Assembly: GCA_032250935.1 (NCBI GenBank)
Contig: JAVVFD010000002.1
Span: forward strand, 1 to 58,505
Source: a bacterium
GTDB lineage: Bacteria > Desulfobacterota > JADFVX01
Length of the DNA: 58,505 nt
Reading direction: 5' to 3'
The notes beneath the pieces were generated by a model. That model did no database searches. It had not been told where the DNA came from and saw only the letters and a program-made list of their open reading frames with translations. Made by a program: the position numbers and the translations under genes. Shown here piece by piece: positions 9,482 through 19,322 of the stretch (position 1 is its first letter; the number at the start of each line of letters is the position of its first letter).

Positions 9482-10321
9482 ATGTTGATAAGATGTTGGG
9501 GGGCCAGAGGGTCTATTCCTGTATCGGGGAATGAATATAGCAAATACGGCGGGAGCACAACCTGCCTGGAAATAAGAAGTAAAAATGATGATGTAATTAT
9601 TGTTGATGCGGGATCCGGCATCAGAAAGCTCGGCGCCACTCTCCTGAAAGAAGGGAAAAAGGATATTAACATTCTTTTCACCCACGTTCACTGGGACCAT
9701 CTTCTGGGCTTTCCTTTTTTCAAGCCGATCTATTTCAAGGGGACGAAGATCAAGATGTACGGCTGTCCCTTTGCCCGGGAATCTGTAAGGCAAATGATTG
9801 CAGAATCCATGTCCGCTCCCTACTTTCCTATCGGCTTTAACGACGTGGCCGCAGATATTTCCGGCCATGAGATCTGCAACGAACCTTTTTCAATCGGCTC
9901 TGTCATGATTCACCCCATAGTTCTAAGTCACCCGAACCGGGGGCTAGGCTATCGCTTCGAGGAGGATGGAAAGTCTTTCGTTTTTCTGACGGACAACGAA
10001 CTCTCCTTCAAGCATGAAGGTGGTCTTGATTACAAGGACTATCTCGAATTTTCAGCGGGAGCTGACCTGCTGGTGCATGACGCCGAGTATAGCGAGGATG
10101 AATACAAAATCACCAGGATGTGGGGGCACTCCACGTATAAGGATGCACTAAAGCTCGCCCTTGAGGCAGGAGTCATGAGTTTCGGGCTCTTTCACCATAA
10201 CCAGGAGCGCGCCGATGAAGCTCTTGACGAGATAGTGGAGGGCTGCAAAAGGGTAGTCAGGGAAAAGGACTCTTTCCTGGACTGCTTCGCCATGTATGAA
10301 GGGCAGGAGATAAATCTTTAA
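9482..10321 (+). CDS. MBL-fold metallo-hydrolase
   Basis: HVHWDH (HxHxDH) metal-binding motif within a 279-aa ORF. Confidence 0.8.
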   Translation: MLIRCWGARGSIPVSGNEYSKYGGSTTCLEIRSKNDDVIIVDAGSGIRKLGATLLKEGKKDINILFTHVHWDHLLGFPFFKPIYFKGTKIKMYGCPFARESVRQMIAESMSAPYFPIGFNDVAADISGHEICNEPFSIGSVMIHPIVLSHPNRGLGYRFEEDGKSFVFLTDNELSFKHEGGLDYKDYLEFSAGADLLVHDAEYSEDEYKITRMWGHSTYKDALKLALEAGVMSFGLFHHNQERADEALDEIVEGCKRVVREKDSFLDCFAMYEGQEINL

Positions 10322-10417
10322 TGTTTGTTGCCTCCTGCCCGCCCGTAATCCTCGAAGCAGAATGAATCATGGGGATATATCTAAAGATCAAAAAACCCGG
10401 AATAAAGAACAGGCTGG

Positions 10418-11212
10418 ATGAAAGCACTAACAGTTAGAATGCTTACATACATTGTTGCCATATACCTCTCTCTTGCCTTTCTCATATATATTATGCAGGA
10501 TTCCTACATCTTCTTCCCCGTTAGGGCAGACTACGGGGATTTGTCAAACTTTAAAAACGTAGAAGAGTATCGTCTTGAGGACGGGAAGGTTGAACTGCGC
10601 GGCTGGCTGGTCAATAAGGAATATGCCGGTGATAAACTGCTTATCTACTACGGCGGCAACGCCGAGGATGTCTACGGGAATATCATGGAACACTACGATA
10701 AAAAGGGGTACGCCATCCTGCTTGTTAATTACAGGGGATATGGTCTTAGCGGCGGTAAGAGCAGTGAGAAGAGCTTGTTCGCCGATGCCGGGCTTATTTA
10801 TGATGATATCACCTCAAAATATAAGCCTGAAAAGGTGATCCTCTACGGAAGGAGCCTCGGTTCAGGCGTTGCCGCTTATCTGTCGAGCGTAAGGAAGGTG
10901 ACCGGAATGATCCTTGTGTCTCCCTATGACAGCATGATTAATATGGCGAGAGAGCGGTTTAGAATATTCCCCGTAAGCATCATGTTAAGACACAGGTTCG
11001 ACTCTGTAAAGTATCTGAAAAATTACAGGGGCCCTCTTTGCATCATATACGGCGGAAGCGATAATATTGTTCCCGGCAGGAGGACTAAAGCCCTGATCGA
11101 GCATATCAGGGGGCCAAAGGAAGTGGTCCTGATCGAAGGCGCAGGTCACAACGACATAGCCGGATTCGAATTATATGAACGGACTGTCCAGAAGTTTATA
11201 GGGAAGATATGA
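10418..11212 (+). CDS. membrane-anchored alpha/beta hydrolase
   Basis: N-terminal TM helix, GRSLGSG nucleophile elbow and a C-terminal GAGHND histidine region. Confidence 0.75.
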   Translation: MKALTVRMLTYIVAIYLSLAFLIYIMQDSYIFFPVRADYGDLSNFKNVEEYRLEDGKVELRGWLVNKEYAGDKLLIYYGGNAEDVYGNIMEHYDKKGYAILLVNYRGYGLSGGKSSEKSLFADAGLIYDDITSKYKPEKVILYGRSLGSGVAAYLSSVRKVTGMILVSPYDSMINMARERFRIFPVSIMLRHRFDSVKYLKNYRGPLCIIYGGSDNIVPGRRTKALIEHIRGPKEVVLIEGAGHNDIAGFELYERTVQKFIGKI

Positions 11213-11332
11213 ATCTGCCTGCCAGCGGTAGGTGCATCGGCTTGCTGCGGCATTGTTAAGGATGCTTCCAATTACTACATAAACCCTCAATTATCTTGAT
11301 TTTAAAGGCGCTTTTCCTTTAATATTGCTCAT

Positions 11333-12661
11333 ATGGAAAGAGCCAGGAAACTATATCTAAGGACATTCGGATGTCAGATGAACGACGCCGATTCAAGTAA
11401 AATAAAGCGGCTTCTTGCCGATATGAATATAAGGCATACCGACGAGCCCAGGGAAGCCGATATACTGCTTCTTAATACCTGCAGCATCAGGTGGAAGGCG
11501 GAGCACAAGGTCTATTCCGAGCTGGGGCGTTTTAAGAAGATTAAAAAAAATCGCCCCGATATCATCATAGGGGTTGGCGGCTGCGTTGCCCAGCAGGAGA
11601 AAGACGAGATGTTCAGGAAGGCGCCCCATCTCGATATAGTCTTCGGGACCCACAATATTCATCGCCTGCCGGATATGATAAAGGAGGTTGAGGAAAAAAG
11701 GGGCCATCGTTCTGAAACGGACTTTTTTGACTCTCCCGAGCCGCTCGTATATCCGGCGCCTGAAGAGGGCGGATTAAAGGCGTTTGTGAACATCATGAGG
11801 GGATGCAATAATTTTTGTTCATATTGCATAGTCCCTTATGTAAGGGGGCGCGAGACGAGCCGCCCATATTCAGAGATACTGGAGGAAATATCAGTTCTTG
11901 TTCAGCAGGGCGTTAAGGAGTTTACACTGCTCGGGCAGAATGTCAATTCCTACGGGAACGGTTCAAGCGATACCGTCAGTTTCCCCGACCTTATCAGGAA
12001 GGTGGCAGCCATTGACGGCCTTGAAAGGGTACGTTTTGCCACCTCACATCCAAAAGATCTTTCAGATGATCTCATTGACGCCTTCGGAGAGACTGATAAG
12101 CTTTGCAACCATCTTCATCTGCCAGTTCAGTCGGGCTCTAACGACGTCCTGAAGGCGATGAAGAGGGTCTATACGGTGGATTCCTATATTGAAAAGGTGG
12201 AGAGGCTAAAGAGCGTAGTCCCCGATATATCGATTACTACCGACATGATAGTAGGCTTTCCCGGCGAGACCGATGCTGATTTCAAAAAGACCCTGGAGCT
12301 TATGGAAAAGATAAAGTATGACTCCGCCTTTTCCTTTAAATATTCCAGGCGGCCGGGAACTGCTGCGGCTGATTTTGAAGATACTGTTGCCGAAGAGGAA
12401 AAAGATGAGAGGCTGGCAATGCTTCAAACGCTCCAGGAAAGACATACGAGCGAAAGAAATGAGGCCGAAGAGGGGAAGGTGGCCCTTGTTCTGGTGGAAG
12501 GGACAAGCAAGAAAAGAGAAGGTATGATGATGGGAAGGTCGGCCGGTAACAAGGTGGTGATTTTTAAGGGAGATGAATCACTTGCATTCAAAACCGTGCC
12601 TGTAAGGATAGTTGAAGGTAATCTTAAGTCGCTCTATGGCGAGCTGATTGAACTACATTAA
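11333..12661 (+). CDS. miaB: tRNA-2-methylthio-N6-dimethylallyladenosine synthase
   Basis: N-terminal MTTase domain (FGCQMN), radical-SAM CNNFCSYC motif and a C-terminal TRAM-like segment. 442 aa. Confidence 0.9.
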   Translation: MERARKLYLRTFGCQMNDADSSKIKRLLADMNIRHTDEPREADILLLNTCSIRWKAEHKVYSELGRFKKIKKNRPDIIIGVGGCVAQQEKDEMFRKAPHLDIVFGTHNIHRLPDMIKEVEEKRGHRSETDFFDSPEPLVYPAPEEGGLKAFVNIMRGCNNFCSYCIVPYVRGRETSRPYSEILEEISVLVQQGVKEFTLLGQNVNSYGNGSSDTVSFPDLIRKVAAIDGLERVRFATSHPKDLSDDLIDAFGETDKLCNHLHLPVQSGSNDVLKAMKRVYTVDSYIEKVERLKSVVPDISITTDMIVGFPGETDADFKKTLELMEKIKYDSAFSFKYSRRPGTAAADFEDTVAEEEKDERLAMLQTLQERHTSERNEAEEGKVALVLVEGTSKKREGMMMGRSAGNKVVIFKGDESLAFKTVPVRIVEGNLKSLYGELIELH

Positions 12662-12691
12662 AATTATCGGTATTAAAGGTATAAATAGTAT

Positions 12692-13204
12692 ATGAAATTT
12701 ATCGACATGAAAGTAACGGGAGTAATCGTAGATAGTTCAAATCTTGTCCCTGTGGTCATACTAAAGGATATGGATGAGAAAAACGTCCTTCCTATATTGG
12801 TAGGTATTATGGAGGCAGCCTCCATATTGACGGAACTTGAAAAGACAGAAATCGTCCGTCCCATGACGCACGACCTGGTTAAAGATATCATAGGGTCGCT
12901 TGGAGCCTCCGTTAAGAAGGTGCTGCTAACGGCCCTTGAAGATAATGTTTTTTATGCCAGTATTCATATCATGCTGCCCACGGGTGAATCTGTTGAAGTC
13001 GACTCAAGGCCCAGCGATGCCATTGCCCTTGCGATGAGGTGCTCTGTTCCTATTTTGGTAAATGAGAGCATAATTGCAAAGTCAAGGATAATGGACCTCT
13101 CTTTAGATCTTTCTGCTGATACCGTAAAGGATAAGAGCGGCGAGGAGTTGACATCTATCCTTGAAAACCTTCCGGAGGAAGACTTTGGCAGATATAAAAT
13201 GTAG
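12692..13204 (+). CDS. bifunctional nuclease (BFN/DNase-RNase) family protein
   Basis: VVILKDMDEKNVLPILVGIMEAASI ... RPMTHDL pattern typical of the family. 170 aa. Confidence 0.7.
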   Translation: MKFIDMKVTGVIVDSSNLVPVVILKDMDEKNVLPILVGIMEAASILTELEKTEIVRPMTHDLVKDIIGSLGASVKKVLLTALEDNVFYASIHIMLPTGESVEVDSRPSDAIALAMRCSVPILVNESIIAKSRIMDLSLDLSADTVKDKSGEELTSILENLPEEDFGRYKM

Positions 13205-13302
13205 GATGTCCCTAAAGACTTTTGATCACCTTATTCTATTTATCTGCTTTACCTGTTGCCGGGTTTTTCAAATTATAGATTTTCCCGGCAGGGATTATTA
13301 AA

Positions 13303-13701
13303 ATGACAGGATTCGAGGTTTTAAATACCACCTCCGGCAGAAAAAGGATCAAGTGGTTTCTTGTTGTTGCCTACGCAATTCTTATTTTTTTTCTTTCGTC
13401 GCTTTCAACCCCCTCTCCACTTCCAATCCCGGATATCTTTATGGCGGATAAACTGATTCACTTCATTGAATATGCGATATTTGCCTTTCTCCTCTTCTCT
13501 GCCCTTTATGAGGGGATGGATGTAAAGAAAGCTGCTTTTTTATCCGTTATTATGGCGGCAATATATGGAGCTACAGACGAATTTCATCAGTATTTTGTCG
13601 CCCATAGAGATAGCGACCTCTTTGACCTCCTTGCAGATTCTCTTGGCGGAGTTGCGGGCGCCGCCTCGGGAGTTTTATTGAAAGGAGGGCGGCTTGAATA
13701 A
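13303..13701 (+). CDS. VanZ family membrane protein
   Basis: Four hydrophobic helices, with the DKLIHFIEYA and DEFHQ.F motifs of VanZ-like proteins. Confidence 0.75.
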   Translation: MTGFEVLNTTSGRKRIKWFLVVAYAILIFFLSSLSTPSPLPIPDIFMADKLIHFIEYAIFAFLLFSALYEGMDVKKAAFLSVIMAAIYGATDEFHQYFVAHRDSDLFDLLADSLGGVAGAASGVLLKGGRLE

Positions 13702-15568
13702 GGCTAAAATTCTTGTAGTGGATGACGAGAAGTTTTTTAGGGAGCTTTATGCAGATATTCTTGCCAATGAAGGCTTTATCGTAACGAGCGCTGACGGCGG
13801 TGCCAAGGCGCTGGAAGCGGTAAAAAGCGAGCGTTTTGACGTGGTGATTACCGATATGCTTATGCCTGATTGGGACGGCATAAGGACTATAGAGGAGATA
13901 AGGAAGGTCGAGCCGGGTCAGGATATCATTATTGTTACACAGGTATCCGAACTTGAGACCGCCGTTGAGGCGATGAAGAGCGGGGCGGCCGACTATATAT
14001 TAAAGCCTATTAACGGCAGTGAGCTTGTTTATGCCCTTAGAAAGCTTCTGAAAAGGCAGAAGGTTCTTGCAAGGCATTCCAAGCTTATTCAGGAGTCAGT
14101 CGAATATTTCGAGATATTATCCATATACAAGACATGTCTGAGGATATTGTCGGTCAATGAGTTTTCAGTGCTGATTGATCATCTAACGGATGTCATGATT
14201 GCTGAAACAGGGGCCAAAAAGGGTTTTTTCTGGTTTTCCAGGGATGGTGTCGATGGGGATTGGTCCATCATATCTTCAACGGTCGAAGAGGATAATGTCA
14301 GCCGGAAGGTGCTGAAGAGGGACAAGGATATATGGAAAAACGGGGTAGAGGCGGGTCTGCCTTTTTATCAGAATGAAGAGACGAAAGATCTTCTTTTTAT
14401 TCCGTTGCTGCTGCAGGGAGGGGGCATAGGCGTCATTGAACTCTCCGGCAAAAAAGGCGGACGCAGCTTTGATGACAGGGATCTGAAGTTCGCAGGGATA
14501 ATTGCGGAATTTTCTCAAACGGCGCTGACTAATGCGGAAAAGATATCCCTTCTTGAGGATAACTCCATTATTGATAAGGACTTCGGCATATACAGTTATC
14601 GCTTTTTTGCCGATTGTTTAAACCGGCAGATTTTCACTTCTGCGCGCTACAGGAGACCTTTCTCGCTGGCTATATTTAAGATAGATAATATGGCCGAGTT
14701 AAGGTCGCGCTTTACGGCAGGCTGTATACGAAAGAGCATAAAAAAGATCACCAAAAAGGTGTCAGCCGTTATAAGGTATTCAGATGTATATGCCAATATG
14801 GGCGATGGCGAATTTTACCTGCTCTTTCCGGAAACGGACTATTTCGGTTCCATAATGGCCGCCAAAAGGATAGAGGAGGGGATTGCAGGAATAAGGTATG
14901 TTAGCGATGGAGTAAGCAGTTCTCCCATCGACCTCCTGCTCGTTTCAGCTTCCTTCCCGAAGGATGGGCAGGATGCAGATGCCCTGTTGAATAAATTAAG
15001 GAAGAGGGCCATTGATTTAAGAAGAAACCGTTTTCTTAATCTTGATCTCCTTGACAAGGGTTACTGGGAATCTGTTGAGGCGCTTATGACGAGTGCCAAA
15101 GCTCCGCCATCTAAGGAAGAGTATAAGGATATCTGCTCTGCCGCCGCTCCATATGTATATACAAAGTATGATAAAACTCTTTTTAATAATATCAGGGACC
15201 TCTTCGTGGCAGAGCTGATATCAAGGCCTTTTCTAAGGGGCGTTCTTTTTCTGGGTGTAGATACGGTTTCTCCCAGCGATGATTTTTGCAGGAGGATCGG
15301 TCAGGCCGACGATGCCCTTGCGGTCAGGGTCTTTGTTGTGGGAAGAAGGGGAGATGAAGTTTGGAATATTCCGAATATAACACCTGTTTATCTAAAGGAC
15401 GGTGAAGAACCTGTAAGTACGGTGCTTTTTCTGAATGAAGAGGCCGGTTATGCATATTTCGGGAAGGAAGAGGCCGGCGGCCCCAGGGCATTCCATACCT
15501 CCGATCTTTATACCGTCGAGAAAATGATATCAAAACTACGCGATCATTACCTGCTTCAGTGGCTATAG
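13694..15568 (+). CDS. response regulator: REC + GAF-like + degenerate GGDEF + C-terminal unknown domain
   Basis: TTG start behind an AAGGAGGG RBS, with an 8-nt overlap with vanZ. REC motifs ILVVDDE and VVITDMLMPDWDG. GAF-like block ending IPLLLQGGGIGVIEL. The GGDEF position reads GDGEF (NMGDGEFYLLF). Confidence 0.75.
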   Translation: MNKAKILVVDDEKFFRELYADILANEGFIVTSADGGAKALEAVKSERFDVVITDMLMPDWDGIRTIEEIRKVEPGQDIIIVTQVSELETAVEAMKSGAADYILKPINGSELVYALRKLLKRQKVLARHSKLIQESVEYFEILSIYKTCLRILSVNEFSVLIDHLTDVMIAETGAKKGFFWFSRDGVDGDWSIISSTVEEDNVSRKVLKRDKDIWKNGVEAGLPFYQNEETKDLLFIPLLLQGGGIGVIELSGKKGGRSFDDRDLKFAGIIAEFSQTALTNAEKISLLEDNSIIDKDFGIYSYRFFADCLNRQIFTSARYRRPFSLAIFKIDNMAELRSRFTAGCIRKSIKKITKKVSAVIRYSDVYANMGDGEFYLLFPETDYFGSIMAAKRIEEGIAGIRYVSDGVSSSPIDLLLVSASFPKDGQDADALLNKLRKRAIDLRRNRFLNLDLLDKGYWESVEALMTSAKAPPSKEEYKDICSAAAPYVYTKYDKTLFNNIRDLFVAELISRPFLRGVLFLGVDTVSPSDDFCRRIGQADDALAVRVFVVGRRGDEVWNIPNITPVYLKDGEEPVSTVLFLNEEAGYAYFGKEEAGGPRAFHTSDLYTVEKMISKLRDHYLLQWL

Positions 15569-15574
15569 AAAATT

Positions 15575-17080
15575 ATGGGAAATAAAAAAAGAATACTCCT
15601 TGCGGAGCCGGATAAGGAGACGGCCGTACTTCTGGGGAAGGCATTTAAAGAGAGAGGCGTAGAGGTCCTTTACGCAAAGGATGGTCCTACGGCTCTCCGT
15701 CGTGCAGTTGAGGACTTGCCTGATATTATTGTGACCGATATTCAGCTTCCCCTGCTGAACGCCGTGAAAATAGCCCAGATACTGAAAAGTAATCCCAAGA
15801 CCAAAGGTTTGCCTTTCGTTTTTTTGAGTTCGGGAGATATCAATCCCGCCTATCTCCCCTTTTTCCAGGATTCCATCGTAAAAAAACCGTTTAATGTGGA
15901 AGAGGTGGTTACCAGGGTGGACGCCTCCTTCATGAAGAAGGAAAAAGCGACGGAAGTCCAGTCCGAGACGAAAGAGATAGAAGGGAATCTTGCCCAGATG
16001 TCTCTCGTCGATATACTGCAGATCTTTGGCATGAACAAAAAAAGTGGCGTTCTAGTTGTAAGAAGGGAAGAGACCTTTGAAGAAGGGATGGTTTTTCTAA
16101 GGGAAGGCAAGATTCTTAACGCAACGACAGGCGGAGCTTCGGGTGAGAAGGCCGTATACAGGCTCCTTACCTGGGATTCGGGAAAATTTGAATATATCCC
16201 TAAAGATTTTAATCCTGATGCTCTTATAGGGAAGCCAACCGATTCACTTCTAATGGAGGGGATGAGGCAGCTTGATGAGTGGAAGCGGATGGAAAGGGAA
16301 TTTCCTCCAATGGACTCGACAATTGCCCTTAAAATAGATCCCTCCCGAATCCCCAGGAACTTAAGGCCTCTTACAAAGGAGGTTATCTCACTGCTTTCAT
16401 ATTACAAAAATGTGAGGGGCATTCTGGATTATAGTTCATATCCGGATTATGAAGTAATGATGACGATAAATACCCTTGTATCAAAAGGGGTGCTGGACTT
16501 AAGTACAGATAAGCCGGCAGACGACAAGAAGGAGACGCCTCTTTTAACGTCTGACGAGGCCTTTGCCATAAAGGATTTTTTGAAGATAACATCCAGAGAA
16601 GGCCGGGATATGGATGTCGTCAAGATCCCTGTTTTTTGCAATCAGGCGGATCACCTTAAAATGTTGATGGACATCCTTTCAACTGTAAACGGGTTTGCCT
16701 TTGCATCAGAGTTTTCTACGGCAAGCAAGGGAAAAAACCGTTTTGGAGAGCTGGGCAGGATAAAGGCGAGCGATAATATTACCCTTCTTTTTATCTTGTT
16801 CCCCATAGACTTTTCTTCGGCTCCTCTCTGGCCGGCCTTGATGGGAGACTCTGTTGGAGCTATTATGTTGAGAGACGGCAACAATGATGAACTTAATATG
16901 GATCTGCTTCATTGCATCAAGGAAACAATGAATATTGATACCGCCTTGATAAATATGAAGCAGGACATCAACCTTCCCGGGAAAAGGGGGAAGTTTCAAA
17001 TGACTATAGAAGAGGCTGAAGCTAAAGGCGCCGATAGTTTGGTCCGCGCTATTCTTGATTCGTTTTTAAGAATCGCCTGA
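15575..17080 (+). CDS. response regulator: REC + DUF4388 + C-terminal unknown domain
   Basis: REC motifs (ILLAEPD, IIVTDIQLP). DUF4388-like block LAQMSLVDILQIFGMNKKSGVLVV...GKFEY. Confidence 0.7.
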   Translation: MGNKKRILLAEPDKETAVLLGKAFKERGVEVLYAKDGPTALRRAVEDLPDIIVTDIQLPLLNAVKIAQILKSNPKTKGLPFVFLSSGDINPAYLPFFQDSIVKKPFNVEEVVTRVDASFMKKEKATEVQSETKEIEGNLAQMSLVDILQIFGMNKKSGVLVVRREETFEEGMVFLREGKILNATTGGASGEKAVYRLLTWDSGKFEYIPKDFNPDALIGKPTDSLLMEGMRQLDEWKRMEREFPPMDSTIALKIDPSRIPRNLRPLTKEVISLLSYYKNVRGILDYSSYPDYEVMMTINTLVSKGVLDLSTDKPADDKKETPLLTSDEAFAIKDFLKITSREGRDMDVVKIPVFCNQADHLKMLMDILSTVNGFAFASEFSTASKGKNRFGELGRIKASDNITLLFILFPIDFSSAPLWPALMGDSVGAIMLRDGNNDELNMDLLHCIKETMNIDTALINMKQDINLPGKRGKFQMTIEEAEAKGADSLVRAILDSFLRIA

Positions 17081-17096
17081 AAGACAGGAGACTGTA

Positions 17097-17744
17097 ATGA
17101 TAGATCTTCATACACATAGTTTGTTCAGTGACGGTGAACTGGGGCCTTCCGAGCTGATAAGAAGGGCTGCTTATGCAGGATATAAAGTCATAGCCATAAC
17201 CGATCATGGAGACTCATCCAATCTCGATATTATAATTCCGAATATAGTAAGGGTATGTAGTGATGTCTCAAATGAGTGGGATATCAAGGCTATTCCCGGC
17301 ATAGAGCTCACGCACGTGCCGCCCCGCCTGATATCCGATTTGACAACTAGAGCCAGGCAGCTCGGCGCAAGGCTGGTAGTTGTGCATGGCGAGACTATTG
17401 CCGAGCCTGTCTGCAAGGGGACGAATCTGGCCGCCATTGAAGCTGGGGTAGATATCCTTGCTCATCCCGGGCTACTTTCACTTGATGAGGCCAGGCTTGC
17501 CGGAGAAAGGGGCGTATGTATCGAGATATCGGGAAGAAAGGGGCACTCCCTGACTAACGGGCATATCCTGTCTTTATCGAGGAAGGTTGATTTAAAACTG
17601 GTCGTTAACAGTGATGCCCACTCGCCGGGTGACCTGATGCCGCTTGATTTTGCAAGAAAGGTGGCGCTGGGGGCTGGGATGACGGAAGATGAGTTTGAAC
17701 TGGCAAGGAAGAATGCCGCAGAGCTTGTTTCCAGGATAGCTTGA
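17097..17744 (+). CDS. PHP-domain phosphoesterase (histidinol-phosphatase-like)
   Basis: N-terminal DLHTHSLFSDG motif and additional His/Asp clusters (ITDHGD, VVVHGE, NSDAHSPGD). Confidence 0.8.
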   Translation: MIDLHTHSLFSDGELGPSELIRRAAYAGYKVIAITDHGDSSNLDIIIPNIVRVCSDVSNEWDIKAIPGIELTHVPPRLISDLTTRARQLGARLVVVHGETIAEPVCKGTNLAAIEAGVDILAHPGLLSLDEARLAGERGVCIEISGRKGHSLTNGHILSLSRKVDLKLVVNSDAHSPGDLMPLDFARKVALGAGMTEDEFELARKNAAELVSRIA

Positions 17745-17754
17745 ATCTAAAGTA

Positions 17755-19308
17755 TTATTTTATATATCGTTCTTTTTCCAGGTATAAAATCACTTCATTG
17801 GCCGCCTCTTCGGGGCTCATTTTCAGCGTATTCAGCCTTAGCTCAGGATCCTTAGGGATTTCGTAGGGATCGTCTATTCCAGTCATCCCTTTGATAATGC
17901 CGGCCCTTGCCTTTGCGTATAGACCTTTCCTGTCCCTCTTCTCGCATTCCTCAATAGGGGTATTAACATGTATCTCTATATATCCGCCGTTTGCCGATAT
18001 CAGCTCCCTGTTAAGCTCCCTTATGCTTTCATAAGGGGCTATGGGGCAGCAGATGGCTATGCCTCCATTTTTCGTAATCTCATTTGCCACAAATCCTATC
18101 CTTGTGATGTTGAGGTCTCTATGCTCTTTTGTAAAATTAAGCTCGCTTGACAGGTTCTTTCTGGCAATATCGCCATCAAGGAGGGTGACTTTTCTGCCTC
18201 CTATCTCAAGGAGTTTCGTCATAACTATGTTTGCGATGGTGGATTTCCCCGAGCCTGAGAATCCGGTGAAAAACAGCGTAAACCCCTGCCTTTCCTTTGG
18301 GGGGTATGCCTTTTTCATCTCATCTATCACCTCTTTGTATGAAAAATCGGGAGGAATTTCCATGCCATCCTCCAGCATCTTTTTCAGCGCTGACTCTGAT
18401 ATCAGGGCTTGCTCGTCCTTCTTATTGCGTGAAGGCGTAAGGATACCTACACCGAGCTCGCCTTCATACCCTTTAACGGTAGTTATTGTGTCACTGGAAA
18501 CTGTTTCGTCGTCGAGCAGAAGGTGCGTGCAGCCGTAGTTTTTGCTTATAATTGCATTTAGCAGTATCCTCCCGGCGGAGTTGCCCGGCGGCTCAACAGG
18601 GACTATGCCTAATCTGCCCATGCCGCGTGGGTAATGAAGCAGGGCCGCCCTAAGGCAGCGGATATTGGTGTAATGGCAGCTCTCATCGGGCCGGTCTGAT
18701 CCGTCTGCATAGTCTATGACAATATTTGCATCAATAGTTTCGGCGGTCAGGCGTATTGAATCCATGCTGCGTTTGTGAAGGATTTTGTCAGTCTGGAAGG
18801 CGACAACTCTCCTCCACCCGTTTTTCCTGAAAAACTCCCTTCTTTCTTCGGGCGTGCTGCGAAGGTCGCTGAAGTCGTTATGGATGGGGAGTTGCAGGGC
18901 CTCGATCTTTCCGCCTATATGATGGATTGCTTTACTGTCATCGCTCCAGATGCTCTCTGCAGTCAGCACCGCAATCATGAGCCCCTCACCATCTCTGAGC
19001 GCAAGCTTTTCTCCTGTTTCCAGGGAGCTTGCAAGCTTATTATCAATATCCAGTGTGATGGGAAGGGGCCAGAAGGTGCCGTCCTGGAGCCGCATGTCGA
19101 CAGTGACGGAGCGGCAATCGGCCTGGCTCATGAACCCCTTAAGTGGAGATAGTGCCCCGCTTATGAGCAGTTCAAGGATTGAAAGTTGCTTTCTGTCCAG
19201 ATCTATAGACTTGAAGTTTACAGATTTCTTTTGAAGTTCAGCTGCCCTTTCTACGTTGACGATTAGCTCAGAGAGTGCTTGACTATGGGGTTGTGTGATT
19301 TGCTCCAT
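17755..19308 (-). CDS. cysC: fusion of a degenerate ATP-sulfurylase-like domain and a canonical APS kinase domain
   Basis: The C-terminal domain has an intact P-loop (GFSGSGKST), LDGD and RDRKGLYAKARAG motifs. The N-terminal ATPS-like domain reads AFQTDKILHKRS where QTRNPxHRxH is expected. It reads CTHLLLDDE where GCTHFIVGRDHAG is expected. Confidence 0.8.
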   Translation of the reverse strand: MEQITQPHSQALSELIVNVERAAELQKKSVNFKSIDLDRKQLSILELLISGALSPLKGFMSQADCRSVTVDMRLQDGTFWPLPITLDIDNKLASSLETGEKLALRDGEGLMIAVLTAESIWSDDSKAIHHIGGKIEALQLPIHNDFSDLRSTPEERREFFRKNGWRRVVAFQTDKILHKRSMDSIRLTAETIDANIVIDYADGSDRPDESCHYTNIRCLRAALLHYPRGMGRLGIVPVEPPGNSAGRILLNAIISKNYGCTHLLLDDETVSSDTITTVKGYEGELGVGILTPSRNKKDEQALISESALKKMLEDGMEIPPDFSYKEVIDEMKKAYPPKERQGFTLFFTGFSGSGKSTIANIVMTKLLEIGGRKVTLLDGDIARKNLSSELNFTKEHRDLNITRIGFVANEITKNGGIAICCPIAPYESIRELNRELISANGGYIEIHVNTPIEECEKRDRKGLYAKARAGIIKGMTGIDDPYEIPKDPELRLNTLKMSPEEAANEVILYLEKERYIK

Positions 19309-19322
19309 CCGGATGGCCGCCT

